Positions 48,631-61,119 of a stretch of 64,000 bases of DNA are shown one piece after another. The notes beneath the pieces are model-generated. The model did not search any database. It was not told where the DNA came from and saw nothing but the letters and a program-made list of their open reading frames with translations. How positions within the stretch are numbered: position 1 is the first letter of the stretch; each line of letters begins with the position of its first letter. Made by a program: the position numbers and the translations under genes. Where the stretch lies: contig JAUIBF010000001.1 of assembly GCA_030428125.1 (NCBI GenBank), forward strand, positions 162,793 through 226,792, written 5' to 3'. Source of the DNA: a bacterium. GTDB lineage: Bacteria > Patescibacteriota > Saccharimonadia > Saccharimonadales > SZUA-47.

Positions 48631-49359
48631 TTAAATAATTTTTCTAATTTTAGAAAATAGTGCTTTAGAATGGCTACCTTCGAAATTATGTTTGGCGCCT
48701 TCTATAATGTCGTAAGAAGCAAAGGGCATATCTCTTAGCTCAAACCTTTCTTCGCCGACTATTTCTTCCGCACCGGACTCAAAAACGTGTATGTTGGGGT
48801 ACTTTGATAAAAGTTCTTTATATTCTTTATCCCAGTCAATGCTTTTAACTGAATCCATAAATTCCTTTGTAATATTCTTCGAAGTACCGGCTTTTGATCT
48901 AGATTTTACTATTTTGCCGAACCATACATCATCTCCGTATCTTGCGGTGTATTTTGTTGCAAAATCTCCAGCAGTTGGTGCAACAAATATACTTCCGGAA
49001 ATATCTGATAAGTCTAATCTAGCGTTAATCCCGCAACCCATCGAATGGCTTATTATCCAAATTTCGGACTCAGGATATCGTGATTTAGCAGTTTTTATAA
49101 GTTCTTGATTGCGAGTAACCATTGTATCTAAAGAATTAAGGCGTACTCCATTTTCCTCTGTTTGATTTTGATCAACCAGGAAAACGGCACAGTCTGAGAA
49201 TTCTTCGGCAACTTGGTAGAAGAACTTTTCGCCATCCCATCTCCGAACCCCATTGCCGTGAATACCGACAATAACTATCTTTGGATCGTCTGAATGGAAT
49301 ATTTCTTGCTCATATTTACCAGCTGAATCTTCCAGCTTTATAACTTCACTTTTTCTCAT
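48631..49359 (-). CDS. Alpha/beta hydrolase fold protein.
   Basis: Nucleophile elbow ISHSMGCG (GxSxG), plus an HGNG oxyanion-like motif. Confidence 0.7.
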   Translation of the reverse strand: MRKSEVIKLEDSAGKYEQEIFHSDDPKIVIVGIHGNGVRRWDGEKFFYQVAEEFSDCAVFLVDQNQTEENGVRLNSLDTMVTRNQELIKTAKSRYPESEIWIISHSMGCGINARLDLSDISGSIFVAPTAGDFATKYTARYGDDVWFGKIVKSRSKAGTSKNITKEFMDSVKSIDWDKEYKELLSKYPNIHVFESGAEEIVGEERFELRDMPFASYDIIEGAKHNFEGSHSKALFSKIRKII

Positions 49360-49651
49360 ATACTGATGATAGCATCTAAAATAGAGTCACATCTGTTAAA
49401 ATAGACAGGAATGGCGCCTTGGCCGAGAAGTTAGGCAACGGTCTGCAAAACCGTGTAGACGGGAGCGTTACCCGTAGGTGCCTCCACGTCAGTAGCTGCA
49501 GCATGCTTGGTTATTTTCCCCCGAACAAGTGGTGAAAAAACCAAGCATGTTTTGTTCTTCCTCTTCCGATTTCAGAATCCTCTCTAAAATCGGGTAAGCA
49601 ACGAATTGCTTATTAAGGGTAAAATGTGTAGAATTATACTGTTATTTACTG

Positions 49652-49739
49652 GGGCGAGTGGCGGAATTGGTATACGCGACGGACTTAAAATCCGTTGGTT
49701 GAATAAACCTTGAGGGTTCAAGTCCCTCCTCGCCCACCA
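49652..49739 (+). tRNA. tRNA-Leu (anticodon TAA), type II with a long variable arm, CCA encoded.
   Basis: GGGCGAG-TG-GCGGAATTGGTATACGCG-ACGGA CTTAAAA TCCGT-TGGTTGAATAAACCTT-GAGGG TTCAAGT CCCTC-CTCGCCC-A-CCA. The GTGGCGGAATTGGTA D-arm is Leu-like. Confidence 0.9.
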
Positions 49740-49857
49740 CGTCAATAACGCACAAAGAACTTGCATGATTTTCTAAGAATAAATATCAGAAAATACCGCA
49801 AGTTCTTTTTGATATTTCCTCTTCCCCACAAAACAGGTTTTGCGGGGACCCCTTTGT

Positions 49858-49930
49858 GGGCGAGGAGGGACTTACTGATAAGAGGGCACATTGGACTTAG
49901 ACCTTGAGGGTTCAAGCCTCTCCTCGCCCA
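49858..49930 (+). pseudogene. Partial tRNA-Leu duplicate, 73 nt. The 3' half is near-identical to tRNA-Leu, the 5' half is non-canonical, and there is no CCA.
   Basis: GGGCGAG...ACCTTGAGGGTTCAAGCCTCTCCTCGCCCA versus tRNA-Leu ...ACCTTGAGGGTTCAAGTCCCTCCTCGCCCA. No foldable D or anticodon arm. Confidence 0.4.
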
Positions 49931-50053
49931 CTAGCCTCGTGATTCATCAAAGGTGGGTTGTTTTTACTATGCTTTGATAGACCTGAACCCCTGGGATGGA
50001 GTTGACGGAGGCTCGAACTAGATATGTATCTGTTGTTTAGCTATACTGTACTA

Positions 50054-51511
50054 ATGAGTAAAAATAATTTCTACGTGGCAACTGCTATTCCGTACGTTAA
50101 TGCTAGACCACACTTAGGTCATGCAATTTTATACTTATACGCTGACACCTTTGCGCGCTATCACAGACAACTCGGTGATAACGTGCTGTTTACTGCTGGT
50201 ACTGATGAGCACGGTGGCAAAATTGAAGAATCGGCAAAAAACGCCGGCAAAACGCCTCAGAAACTTGTAGATGAAATTAGCGCTAGTTTTAAGGATGGTT
50301 TACAGCAGCTAGGAGTGTCGAATGACCGATTTATTCGTACAACAGATAAGGACCACGAAACAAGAGCAGCGGCTATCTGGAAAAATTTATCAAAAGATAT
50401 CTACAAAAACACTTATATGGGGATGTACTGTACGGGATGCGAAGAATTTAAGACCGAAGCATATGTTAAGGAAACAAACGGAGTTTGTCCGAACCACAAT
50501 CGTGAATATGAAAAGGTCGAGGAAGAAAACTATTTCTTCAGACTATCTAATTATACAGACCAGATAAAGCAGGCAATCGAATCCGGTCAAATGACAATTC
50601 ATCCGAAATCGCGAAGGAATGAAATACTCGGTGTAATCAATGAAGGATTAGAAGACATTAGTATATCTCGCTCAGCAAGTAAAGTTACTTGGGGTATTGA
50701 AGTTCCTGGTGATAAAACTCAAGTTATGTATGTATGGTTCGAGGCTTTGATGAACTACATCACAGTATTAGGCTACCCAGAAGGCGAGGATTTCAAGACC
50801 TTTTGGCCTGCTAATGTACAAGTGCTAGGCAAAGATATTTTACGATTTCATGCAGCTATTTGGCCTGCGATGTTGCTGGGACTAGGAATTGAACTTCCAA
50901 AAGTGCTTTATGTGCATGGCTTTGTGACACACGATGGTCAAAAAATGAGTAAAAGCTTAGGTAATGTCGTAGATCCACTGGAAGTAATTAGTAAATATGG
51001 ACTAGACGCCTTCAGGTATTACTTCTTACGACATGGCCCAGCATCAGAGGATGTAGATTTCACTTGGGAAAAGTTCGAGGACGCATACAATAATGAGCTT
51101 GCAAACGAGCTCGGAAACGGCGTTCAAAGAGTTGCTGCAATGATTAAGAAGTACCAAAATGGAGTCGTAGGCGACATACCAGAGCCTACCCATGACGTGG
51201 GATTGTACCAGCAATATATTGAAGAATGCCGGTTAGATAAAGCTTTAGATATTGTGTGGGACCAGGTAAGGGGACTTAATCAGTTTATTGAAGAAGAAAA
51301 ACCTTGGTCGATTGCCAAAGAAGACGACGGGGACCACTTGCAAGAAGTTCTAGCTCAAGCAGCAGGATCGTTAATGGAGATTGCTGACCTGCTTGTGCCT
51401 TTCTTGCCAAATACGGCAGAGAAGATTCAGTACGTTTTCAGCGAAGGAATTATCCGGCCACTTGATGATGCATCGTTATTCCCAAAAAACGATAAGTATG
51501 CAGTTAACTGA
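50054..51511 (+). CDS. metG: Methionyl-tRNA synthetase (short form).
   Basis: HIGH-type PHLGHA, TDEHG and KMSKSLGN motifs. The start is at [16 protein letters not shown]; the ORF track starts 30 nt upstream. Confidence 0.9.
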   Translation: MSKNNFYVATAIPYVNARPHLGHAILYLYADTFARYHRQLGDNVLFTAGTDEHGGKIEESAKNAGKTPQKLVDEISASFKDGLQQLGVSNDRFIRTTDKDHETRAAAIWKNLSKDIYKNTYMGMYCTGCEEFKTEAYVKETNGVCPNHNREYEKVEEENYFFRLSNYTDQIKQAIESGQMTIHPKSRRNEILGVINEGLEDISISRSASKVTWGIEVPGDKTQVMYVWFEALMNYITVLGYPEGEDFKTFWPANVQVLGKDILRFHAAIWPAMLLGLGIELPKVLYVHGFVTHDGQKMSKSLGNVVDPLEVISKYGLDAFRYYFLRHGPASEDVDFTWEKFEDAYNNELANELGNGVQRVAAMIKKYQNGVVGDIPEPTHDVGLYQQYIEECRLDKALDIVWDQVRGLNQFIEEEKPWSIAKEDDGDHLQEVLAQAAGSLMEIADLLVPFLPNTAEKIQYVFSEGIIRPLDDASLFPKNDKYAVN

Positions 51512-52292
51512 TACACATTGTCACATCCACGATAGCGAGTTTGCTAAAAAGTTTGAAAAAACTGCCGATCAGATGATTAATGATGCTGTTGAAGTTGATG
51601 TTACTGAATTTGTGTGTGTAGGGACTGATCAGAAAAGTAGTGAAGAAGCAGTTGATTTTTGCAGTAATCATAAGAACTGTCACGCTTCTGTCGCTCTTCA
51701 TCCTCACGAGGCAGCAGATAAAACTCTAGGGACTCTAAAAAAGGAATTTGAGGTAGTTGAGAACCTTGCTCGAAATAACGAAATTGTTGCAATCGGGGAA
51801 TGTGGTCTAGATTATTTTTATCATTCGAGTGAAGACACACGAGAAAAACAGAGGGAAGTCTTTCGTTGGCATCTAGAGCTCGCGATGTCTTTGAGTTTAC
51901 CGGTGATTTTTCATATTCGTGATGCATTCGATGATTTTTTCAGCATCATTGACGAGTATCCTGAAATAACAGGGGTAGTTCACAGCTTCTCTGCTGGAGA
52001 AGAAGAGGCAAAGGGTGTCGTAGCTCGTGGACTATACGCCGGTTTAAACGGAATCATTACGTTTACAAAAAACCAAAAACAGCTTGATGGTGCTAAACAA
52101 ATTCCACTTGAAAAATTAGTACTGGAAACAGATGCTCCCTTCTTGACGCCATCCCCGTTTCGTGGTACAATCAACGAGCCTAAACATGTGATATTAATCA
52201 CACAATTTCTCAGTGAGTTGCGTGGTGAATCACAGGCGTTATTGGCAGAACAAACAACCAAAAACGCAAAAAAACTCTTTAAACTAAACTAA
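51498..52292 (+). CDS. tatD: TatD-family metal-dependent deoxyribonuclease.
   Basis: [19 protein letters not shown] and VVHSFS motifs. It overlaps the metG end by 14 nt. Confidence 0.8.
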   Translation: MQLTDTHCHIHDSEFAKKFEKTADQMINDAVEVDVTEFVCVGTDQKSSEEAVDFCSNHKNCHASVALHPHEAADKTLGTLKKEFEVVENLARNNEIVAIGECGLDYFYHSSEDTREKQREVFRWHLELAMSLSLPVIFHIRDAFDDFFSIIDEYPEITGVVHSFSAGEEEAKGVVARGLYAGLNGIITFTKNQKQLDGAKQIPLEKLVLETDAPFLTPSPFRGTINEPKHVILITQFLSELRGESQALLAEQTTKNAKKLFKLN

Positions 52293-52311
52293 TCACAAAT
52301 TTCGATAGTAT

Positions 52312-52740
52312 ATGGATCCACTTTTTAGTCCTGAATTTTTGTTGAGCCCCGAAAGACTTTTCGGAGCAGTTGTTGAGTGGCGCAGAACTTTAATTGATCG
52401 AAGCTCAGTCGAAGCCGCACAAGCATTAGGTGCTATGAGAGAAATTCATCCTGAGCGTGAGTATCAAAACCGAAAACTATTCATGTCGTCTGTTGCACGA
52501 AATACAGATATATTTGGGTCAGTGGTCGAGTCCGACCATGACCCCCTACTTGCGAATGTTACTCCTATAAGACGAGAGTCACCGGAGGTAGTTGAAACAG
52601 AAAAAGCCCACATTGCCTACCTGAATGCCGTATCTGGTGATTTAAGAGCTGAAAAAGAAGCAACTATAACTGACGAAGTAGCTAGACAAAGAGATGCCCG
52701 ACAGCGCATAGAGTTGTATTACGGCAAAGAGGCCGCTTAA
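52312..52740 (+). CDS. Hypothetical protein.
   Basis: ORF only. Confidence 0.45.
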   Translation: MDPLFSPEFLLSPERLFGAVVEWRRTLIDRSSVEAAQALGAMREIHPEREYQNRKLFMSSVARNTDIFGSVVESDHDPLLANVTPIRRESPEVVETEKAHIAYLNAVSGDLRAEKEATITDEVARQRDARQRIELYYGKEAA

Positions 52741-52744
52741 AGAC

Positions 52745-53107
52745 ATGAATTTATTTACAAGATTCTTCACCAAATATTTTGCAAAACCTAACAAAGCCGA
52801 AGACATCGAGCGTGAACTTATACGTCGCGAAGCTGAGATTGGCCGAGGTGTTTTCGGTCCAGTTCCTAAGGGCACTAAAAGAGAGTTTTTTTGTCTAGAT
52901 AGAGATACGTGGATTTGGCAAGAAACAGCAAATGGCAGGATGAGAACTACTAAGTACAAGGTCAAAAAGGCAGAGATCATTAAGTCTGTCGATGGTAGTC
53001 AGTACGAAAGGGTTAGCTTGGAAGAAGCACAGAGATTTGCAGCGGCGACAAAAACTTATAACGAACGTGTAAAACGCGAATTGTACGATAAACTCTCTTT
53101 TGCGTAA
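52745..53107 (+). CDS. Hypothetical basic protein.
   Basis: ORF only. Confidence 0.45.
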   Translation: MNLFTRFFTKYFAKPNKAEDIERELIRREAEIGRGVFGPVPKGTKREFFCLDRDTWIWQETANGRMRTTKYKVKKAEIIKSVDGSQYERVSLEEAQRFAAATKTYNERVKRELYDKLSFA

Positions 53108-53116
53108 GATAGATAC

Positions 53117-54256
53117 ATGACTAGAGTTTATCTGGATAATGCCGCAGCTACCCCGGTAGACAAGAGGGTCTTAGATTCAATGCTACCGTTTTTTACTGAT
53201 AAGTTCCACAATCCTTCTGCTTTATACAAGGGAGCACGAGATGCAAAACTAGCTCTAGACGATGCACGCAACTCGGTTGCAAAAAGCATAGGCGCAAAAC
53301 CTTCAGAAATTATATTCACTGCTGGTGGTACCGAGTCCGATAATCTGGCTATTTCTGGTGTCATGAAAGTCGTTGAAGACGCCGAATTGCTTATTAGTGC
53401 AGTTGAGCACGATGCAGTCTTTGAGCCGTCTAAAAGATTTAATTCCAAGCAAATCGTTGTTGATCAAAAAGGAGTCTTGGATTTAACCAGCCTTAAATCA
53501 TTGATAACCGACAAAACAGTTCTTGTTAGCGTTATGTTAGTAAATAACGAGATAGGTACTATTCAGCCGCTTATGGAAGTGGTAAAAATCGTAGAAGCTG
53601 AAAGAAAACAGAGACAGCTAAACGGGAATAAAAACCCAATTTATGTTCACTCAGATGCATGTCAGGCACCTCTCTATCTAGATGTAAATGTTGGTAGACT
53701 GGGCGTGGACCTGATGACACTAAACGGAGGAAAGATCCACGGGCCTAAGCAAAGCGGAATTCTGTACGTGAAAGCCGGGACAAAATTACTACCAGAAGTA
53801 CTCGGTGGAGGTCAGGAATTTGGTTATCGAAGCGGAACAGAAAATATAGCTTTTGCCGTCGGATTTTCAAAAGCTCTGGAGTTGGCAAGCAAAGGTCGGA
53901 ATGATCGAGTCAAAAAAGTAACGGAAGTCAGAGAGTATTTTATCGACAGCCTAGTTAAAAACCTTGGCGCCGAACTCAACGGTAGCAAAAAAATGAGAAT
54001 AGCGAACAATGTAAACGTATCTTTTGAAGGATTAGACAACGAACGTGCACTGTTCTCGCTGGATGAACTGGGAGTTGATGCGGCCGCAGGATCTGCTTGC
54101 AGTGCCAGCAAAGATGTTTCCTCAAGAGTTTTATCGTCTATAGGCAAGTCGGATATCGAAGCAAGGAGCAGCTTACGATTCAGTATAGGCGTAGACACAA
54201 CCAAGGAAGACATAGATTTTACCTTAAAACAGTTAGAAACTGCCTTGAGGGCCTAG
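53117..54256 (+). CDS. iscS: Cysteine desulfurase (class V aminotransferase, IscS/NifS-like).
   Basis: RVYLDNAAATP, TAGGTESDNLAI, PLP-lysine region GGKIHGPKQSGILYV, and the SACS...D motif near the C-terminus. Confidence 0.85.
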   Translation: MTRVYLDNAAATPVDKRVLDSMLPFFTDKFHNPSALYKGARDAKLALDDARNSVAKSIGAKPSEIIFTAGGTESDNLAISGVMKVVEDAELLISAVEHDAVFEPSKRFNSKQIVVDQKGVLDLTSLKSLITDKTVLVSVMLVNNEIGTIQPLMEVVKIVEAERKQRQLNGNKNPIYVHSDACQAPLYLDVNVGRLGVDLMTLNGGKIHGPKQSGILYVKAGTKLLPEVLGGGQEFGYRSGTENIAFAVGFSKALELASKGRNDRVKKVTEVREYFIDSLVKNLGAELNGSKKMRIANNVNVSFEGLDNERALFSLDELGVDAAAGSACSASKDVSSRVLSSIGKSDIEARSSLRFSIGVDTTKEDIDFTLKQLETALRA

Positions 54257-54308
54257 CGTCAAATAAGCAAAAGCGTTATACTGTCTTACCAGAGGTAGCT
54301 ATAGCCCT

Positions 54309-55154
54309 GTGTTTGAACAAATAAAAAGAAAACTATCAATCAAGAAGGTTTCGGCGCTAATTGCCCTAGTTGGGCTAATAATTATTTCGCTGAGCGCTCC
54401 TTTGTCTGCACAAACGGTTACTCAAGGCTATAAGTCAGATGGAGTTTTGTACAGAGGTACAGTTGTTGCATTTGATGCAGAAGACACATCTAAAGTAGTG
54501 CCAGTAACGCCGGAAAATCAAGAGTTATTACATGGGGTTGTTGTCGCGCCTAATGATTCAACTTTTACACTGTCTCAAGAGCAAGAAAAAACTTTCGTGG
54601 CAACAGTAGGCAGGTTTGATGCGCTAGTCAGTACGGAGGCTGGGCCTATTCAACCCGGAGATTTCCTAACGGTATCTAATATTAGTGGTGTTGCAAAGAA
54701 AGCAGGTGAACAAGACGCCTACGCAGTCGGAAAAGCAGTCGAAGGTTTTAACGGGGAGGCAAATGCTATCACAGACCAGGACTTAAAAGACAGTCTGGGG
54801 GATACAAGTAATGTCACCATAGGGAGAGTGTCCGTAGATATAGCTGTAGGTTTTAATCCACTTTTAAAACCAAAAGATTCATCTCTGCCTGATTTCTTAG
54901 CTAAAGCCACGGAAGCGATAGCCGGTAAACAAGTAAGCGCTGTAAAGGTTTACATTAGTTTGTTCATTATCGTTGCTGCTGGAGGGATATCAGGTAGCTT
55001 GCTATATTCTGGCATCCGAAGTAGTGTGATTTCTATCGGGCGAAATCCACTTTCCAAAAAATCTATCACTAAAAGCCTGATGCAGATTATTTTAACAAGT
55101 ATAATTATTTTCCTGATTGGCCTATTTGGGGTATATTTATTACTAAGACTTTAA
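54309..55154 (+). CDS. Membrane protein with an N-terminal signal anchor, an extracytoplasmic domain and two C-terminal TM helices, immediately upstream of the atp genes.
   Basis: Hydropathy only. The C-terminal helical hairpin lacks the conserved carboxylate of c subunits. Confidence 0.5.
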   Translation: MFEQIKRKLSIKKVSALIALVGLIIISLSAPLSAQTVTQGYKSDGVLYRGTVVAFDAEDTSKVVPVTPENQELLHGVVVAPNDSTFTLSQEQEKTFVATVGRFDALVSTEAGPIQPGDFLTVSNISGVAKKAGEQDAYAVGKAVEGFNGEANAITDQDLKDSLGDTSNVTIGRVSVDIAVGFNPLLKPKDSSLPDFLAKATEAIAGKQVSAVKVYISLFIIVAAGGISGSLLYSGIRSSVISIGRNPLSKKSITKSLMQIILTSIIIFLIGLFGVYLLLRL

Positions 55155-55197
55155 GCGTAAGCGAGAAGGGGTGGAGACTAGTTTTTACTAAATACAT

Positions 55198-55818
55198 ATG
55201 AGCTTAGAAACACTAATACTGGTACTGGTAGTTATTTTTTGTGTTACAGGAGCAGTTCTGTGGGCTATTTTGCGTGGTCCAGGTAAGGGCAAGGACAAAG
55301 GGAACGCCATTGAAGATCTTACCAGAGAGGCCAAAGAAGACGTCGAACATATCTTTAATGATGAATTTCGTGAAGAGCTCAGGAATCGTGGTCGTTTGCA
55401 TTTTGAAAAAATTATTGGTGAGAACGCTATGTTCTTGCAGCAAGATTTGCGCCTAACTACTTCACAGCTTAATGATTTTATGAAGTCCGAGGTTACACAT
55501 GTCCTGAAGGAAGAGTTTGCTAAGTACGAAGAATCAATTAATGATGCAAAACAGCTGGCTATTGATTCAATTCAAAAAACTCAGGACACCATAGAGCAAC
55601 AGAGAGAGCTTCTATCTGCACAAATGAATGAACAGATTAAAGCCGAGAAAAGTCGCACCCTAGAACGGTTTGAAGCAAGGATGGCGGATGTCGTCAATCA
55701 CTATGTATTAGAAGCAGTGGGGGATCAGATTGATTTAAGTGAGCAATTAGACTTTATTTTAAATCAAATGGAAGCAAATAAAGAAGCAATTATGCGCGAT
55801 ATTAAAGACGGGGCTTAA
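55198..55818 (+). CDS. atpF: F-type ATP synthase subunit b-like (N-terminal TM plus a long charged helix).
   Basis: Single N-terminal TM LILVLVVIFCVTGAVLWAIL followed by a charged coiled coil. Position in the atp cluster supports the call. Confidence 0.5.
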   Translation: MSLETLILVLVVIFCVTGAVLWAILRGPGKGKDKGNAIEDLTREAKEDVEHIFNDEFREELRNRGRLHFEKIIGENAMFLQQDLRLTTSQLNDFMKSEVTHVLKEEFAKYEESINDAKQLAIDSIQKTQDTIEQQRELLSAQMNEQIKAEKSRTLERFEARMADVVNHYVLEAVGDQIDLSEQLDFILNQMEANKEAIMRDIKDGA

Positions 55819-55836
55819 AAATAACCAGGGTGCAAT

Positions 55837-56577
55837 ATGGAAAACAAACAACTAATACTACCAGTTTCAGTCATATCACCAACTGATGTTGCGCGCTTGA
55901 CGAGAGAGGTCGAGAGCCTAGATGAATTTTTTAGACAATCAGAGATTAGGCAAGGTGGTACTCCGCAGTCTGTTCCTCGGTATAGCCGGTTGCTAGATGA
56001 AGTTGTTGTCGCTAACGACTTGAATTTGCTAGAAAAGTCCAACCGGACACTGCTATTGGGTGGCTTTCAGCAGTTACAAACTGACGCACCTGTGATGCAC
56101 ATTAGTTTTAGTGTAGACCCACCCGGTTCGTATGTGCAGAAAATTGTAGGATGGTTGCGCCAAAATATTGACGGATTAGTATTGGTTCGTATAGGGCTAA
56201 TGCCTAACATAGGCGCTGGTTGCGTGGTAAGAACCACAAATAAATCATTCGATTTTTCCTTGCGTAAGTATTTTGACTCAAAGCACGACTCGTTTATCAG
56301 TAGACTGCATAAGGTCGTTGCACCGGAAGAAATAACAAGCGCTGAAGCAGTAGGTGTTAGAGAAGTTAAGGCTGAAGAAACCAACCAACAAATTGACCAA
56401 TTACAGCCAGAGTCACCAGCAATCTCGCAAGAACCACCACAGGCCGAAGATGCTTCAGAGCAAGCAGAAGCAGAAGCTTCAGAACATGAGAGTCAAGAGA
56501 CTGTCCCAAATGACAGGACAAGTAGTGAATCAGCTGAGCCTGTAGTTCAATCTGAAGAAGTGGAGGTTGAGGTGTGA
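55837..56577 (+). CDS. atpH: ATP synthase delta (OSCP)-like subunit with an acidic C-terminal extension.
   Basis: Position between the b-like and alpha subunits. [31 protein letters not shown] resembles the delta C-terminal motif. Weak. Confidence 0.4.
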   Translation: MENKQLILPVSVISPTDVARLTREVESLDEFFRQSEIRQGGTPQSVPRYSRLLDEVVVANDLNLLEKSNRTLLLGGFQQLQTDAPVMHISFSVDPPGSYVQKIVGWLRQNIDGLVLVRIGLMPNIGAGCVVRTTNKSFDFSLRKYFDSKHDSFISRLHKVVAPEEITSAEAVGVREVKAEETNQQIDQLQPESPAISQEPPQAEDASEQAEAEASEHESQETVPNDRTSSESAEPVVQSEEVEVEV

Positions 56578-58010
56578 ACACTGGCAATCAACACTTCGAT
56601 AAACTAGTCGAGTCGGGTAAGCCGGTCGGTGAAGTTATTGGTGTCGAGAAGTTTCTAGTTCGCGTGAAAGGGATTCAGCCTTGTAGGATACATGCCTTGG
56701 TGATGTTTGAGGATGGCTCCAAAGGATTCGTTCACCAAGTAACCAAAGATCACGTCGTGGTTTTACATCTAGGCGAGATAGAGGTCGCACTTGGAATGGT
56801 GGCAGTTATTCAACATGAGGAGCTAGTGTCTAAAGTCGGAAAAGATTTTATCGGACGGGTAGTAACAGTTACGGGTGAGCCACTTGACGGCAAAGGACCA
56901 ATTGCTGCCGATGCAGCTTGGCCAGTGTTTAAGACAGCGCCACCAATTTATCAACGAAAATTACTGGATACTCAACTGGAAAGTGGCGTAACCGCAATTG
57001 ATGCTCTGTTCCCTGTGGTACGTGGTCAGCGTATGGCACTGCTAGGAGATAGTAAGTCAGGTAAAAGTACAGTTGTAACTCAGTTAGCATTAAATCAAAA
57101 GAACACAGACCAAGTCGTTGTCTATGTGCTTATTGCTAAGCGTCGGAGTGATGTTGATACACTCTTGTCTAGATTAGAAAAAACTGGAGGCTTAGAAAAG
57201 GCTGTAGTTATTGTGAGTACAATGTTTGAGTCGCTCATCATGAGCTATATTGCGCCATATGTTGGAGTAGCTATGGCAGAGTTTTTCTGGCAGGAACTGG
57301 CTCAAGACACAATTATTATTTACGACGATTTAACTTCTCACGCGCATGCCTATCGAGAAGTCGCCTTGCTGTCAGGCGTTAGCCCAGGTCGCGATAGCTA
57401 TCCAGGTGACATGTTCTATGCTCACTCTAGCTTGCTGGAGCGTGCCGGAAGACTAGAGAGTAACGGCGCACACCTAACCTCTATTCCGATCATTAACGCC
57501 GCAGGGGGCGACATAACTGCATATTTGCCTACAAACGTTATGTCAATTACAGACGGTCAGTGGATTTTAGACATGAACACCTTTCGTGACGGTATACGAC
57601 CAGCTGTCAGTATGGGATTGAGTGTTACCCGTGTAGGTGGTGTTGGTCATAACAAGCGCCAAAAAGACCTGGCTTCAAAGACGCTCAAAACACTAGCTGC
57701 TTATCGTGAAGCTGAAGAATTCTCTCACTTCGGGTCAGAGCTTGCGCTAGAAGCAAAAAAGGCCCTAGAGACAGGTAAGTTGATTTTTAAGGTTCTTACA
57801 CAGTCGCCTGATCAAGTTTTTTCATTGAATGCACAACAGCTTATGCTGGACATAGTCTTGAATCGCGATGATGGAGCGCAGATTGATGTCGATAAACTGC
57901 AAGCAAATGCATCAGAAGTTGCTACAAAAATTACAGATGATACAGATGCGGCATATGATAAAGCACGTGATGAGCTTAAAAAAATTGCAGTTGTGGAGTT
58001 GAAGAAATGA
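56574..58010 (+). CDS. atpA: F1 ATP synthase alpha subunit (divergent).
   Basis: Walker [16 protein letters not shown] and [23 protein letters not shown] (alpha signature region). Confidence 0.85.
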   Translation: MNTGNQHFDKLVESGKPVGEVIGVEKFLVRVKGIQPCRIHALVMFEDGSKGFVHQVTKDHVVVLHLGEIEVALGMVAVIQHEELVSKVGKDFIGRVVTVTGEPLDGKGPIAADAAWPVFKTAPPIYQRKLLDTQLESGVTAIDALFPVVRGQRMALLGDSKSGKSTVVTQLALNQKNTDQVVVYVLIAKRRSDVDTLLSRLEKTGGLEKAVVIVSTMFESLIMSYIAPYVGVAMAEFFWQELAQDTIIIYDDLTSHAHAYREVALLSGVSPGRDSYPGDMFYAHSSLLERAGRLESNGAHLTSIPIINAAGGDITAYLPTNVMSITDGQWILDMNTFRDGIRPAVSMGLSVTRVGGVGHNKRQKDLASKTLKTLAAYREAEEFSHFGSELALEAKKALETGKLIFKVLTQSPDQVFSLNAQQLMLDIVLNRDDGAQIDVDKLQANASEVATKITDDTDAAYDKARDELKKIAVVELKK

Positions 58011-58248
58011 TTTATACGACACAGACCTCAACCAACACACATTCAGGTAAACTGAATGTTAACTGGTTGATTTTTGACCAGAATCAGTTTTTCTATTCCG
58101 TTTCTCACTTCCTCGTACGTAATGTACGCCTTGTTTCGATACTCATAGAGAAAACTAATTCTGATTCAAAATCTGTGCGTATAAATAAAACTTTTAAATT
58201 TGAGGGAGAGCAGTCGGAGCGTCGAATTTATTTCGCGCCCCGCACGCT

Positions 58249-58269
58249 GAGAGGGGGAGCCCCCCTCTC
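58249..58269 (+). promoter_or_regulatory. GC-rich perfect hairpin (9-bp stem gagaggggg/ccccctctc, 3-nt loop) ending 1 nt before the AGGAGG SD of atpG.
   Basis: Seen in the sequence. It lies within an unusual 270-bp gap between atpA and atpG. Confidence 0.4.
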
Positions 58270-58283
58270 AAGGAGGCTTGCCG

Positions 58284-59141
58284 ATGCGTAATCCCAAAGA
58301 CATAGCGTTTGAAGAGAAAAATATCGGAACCCTTGTGGAGCTCACTAACGTATTCGAAGGTATTGCTAGTATGCGTATCTCACAGATTAAGAATCAGGTA
58401 CAGCAAGCCACTATTTACTTTAATGACTTGTGGCATATTTACTCTCAGTTGCGTGTTGATAATCTTTTTCGCTTTGGACGGAGTCAATCTGACGATGAAG
58501 TCTTAAATAAGGACCTCTTTATTGTTATTACGGCAGAAGGTGGTTTTAGTGGTGACATTGACCAAAAACTCATCAGATACATGCTTCAGGCATACGACAA
58601 AAACAAACACGATGTTTTAGTTATTGGACACCACGGTGCAATGCAACTAGCTCAACGCGGGGTTAGTTTTATCAAATACTTCAAGCTGCCGAAGAAAGAC
58701 GCGAATATCAATGTAACACCAATTATTAGGTATGTTAAAAAGTATCAGAAAACAACCGTTTACTATCAAGAATATGTCTCGTTAATGGTGCAAGATGTTA
58801 AGAAAATTGAACTTTCTGCCGCTGTGCAATCTAAAGGAAATGAATCATCAGAAGCAGACGAAATAATCACAGGCGAAAATACCATCTTCGAACCAAGTAT
58901 GTATGCAGTGGTAGACCACCTTGAGACAACGATGCTTCAGATTGCAATGAGTCAGTTAATTCTTGACTCGAAGCTTGCACAATATGCATCTAGGTTCCGG
59001 GCAATGTCGGCATCACACACAAGAGCTCAAGAGACCAAAGACGACCTTCACCTTGAATACAACCGAGCTAGACGAGCGATTAAAGACCAACGTCTGAAGG
59101 AGATTATTAACGGACTTAGAAAAGCAGGAGCAAGCGCATGA
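58284..59141 (+). CDS. atpG: F1 ATP synthase gamma subunit (ATG with AAGGAGG RBS; the ORF track starts at TTG 58278).
   Basis: N-terminal IGTLVELTNVFEGIASMRISQ and C-terminal NRARRAIKDQRLKEIINGL resemble the gamma terminal helices. Confidence 0.75.
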   Translation: MRNPKDIAFEEKNIGTLVELTNVFEGIASMRISQIKNQVQQATIYFNDLWHIYSQLRVDNLFRFGRSQSDDEVLNKDLFIVITAEGGFSGDIDQKLIRYMLQAYDKNKHDVLVIGHHGAMQLAQRGVSFIKYFKLPKKDANINVTPIIRYVKKYQKTTVYYQEYVSLMVQDVKKIELSAAVQSKGNESSEADEIITGENTIFEPSMYAVVDHLETTMLQIAMSQLILDSKLAQYASRFRAMSASHTRAQETKDDLHLEYNRARRAIKDQRLKEIINGLRKAGASA

Positions 59142-59147
59142 TGTACT

Positions 59148-60810
<1,663 letters not shown>

Positions 60811-60822
60811 GGCCTAAACTTC

Positions 60823-61119
60823 ATGGACTCAAGCGATACTAAAAAACCAGAAAAAGAACAGATGAAAGTCCCTAAGGGCAAGATGATTGTTAAAGTCTAT
60901 GCTCCGTTTAAAGATTACTTTGAAGGGCCTGCTAACAGCATTACTGCTGAAAACGATACTGGGCCATTTGATATTTTGCCGGGACATCATAAGTTTTTGA
61001 CGCTACTAAACTCTTGTGAGCTAGACATTAGAACGGACGATAACTCTGAAAAGATTAAGATTGATCGCGGAGTTATGTTTGTAAAGAAAGATCGCGTAAC
61101 TGTATTTTTGGATGTGTAA
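60823..61119 (+). CDS. atpC: F1 ATP synthase epsilon subunit.
   Basis: GPFDILPGHHKFLTLL matches the epsilon pattern G.F.ILP.H. Confidence 0.75.
   Translation: MDSSDTKKPEKEQMKVPKGKMIVKVYAPFKDYFEGPANSITAENDTGPFDILPGHHKFLTLLNSCELDIRTDDNSEKIKIDRGVMFVKKDRVTVFLDV

Noticed and set aside
49940-50023. Possible T-box leader upstream of metG (AAAGGTGGG).
   Set aside because: It does not match the T-box consensus AGGGTGGNACCGCG, and no specifier or antiterminator architecture is present.
54950-55154. C-terminal helical hairpin of the 281-aa protein as an ATP synthase c subunit.
   Set aside because: It lacks the essential Asp/Glu in the second helix and the GxGxGxG packing motif.
58007-58291. 94-aa ORF filling the atpA-atpG gap.
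   Set aside because: Low-complexity sequence. It overlaps the GC hairpin and the atpG RBS. Reported as a possible regulatory spacer instead.
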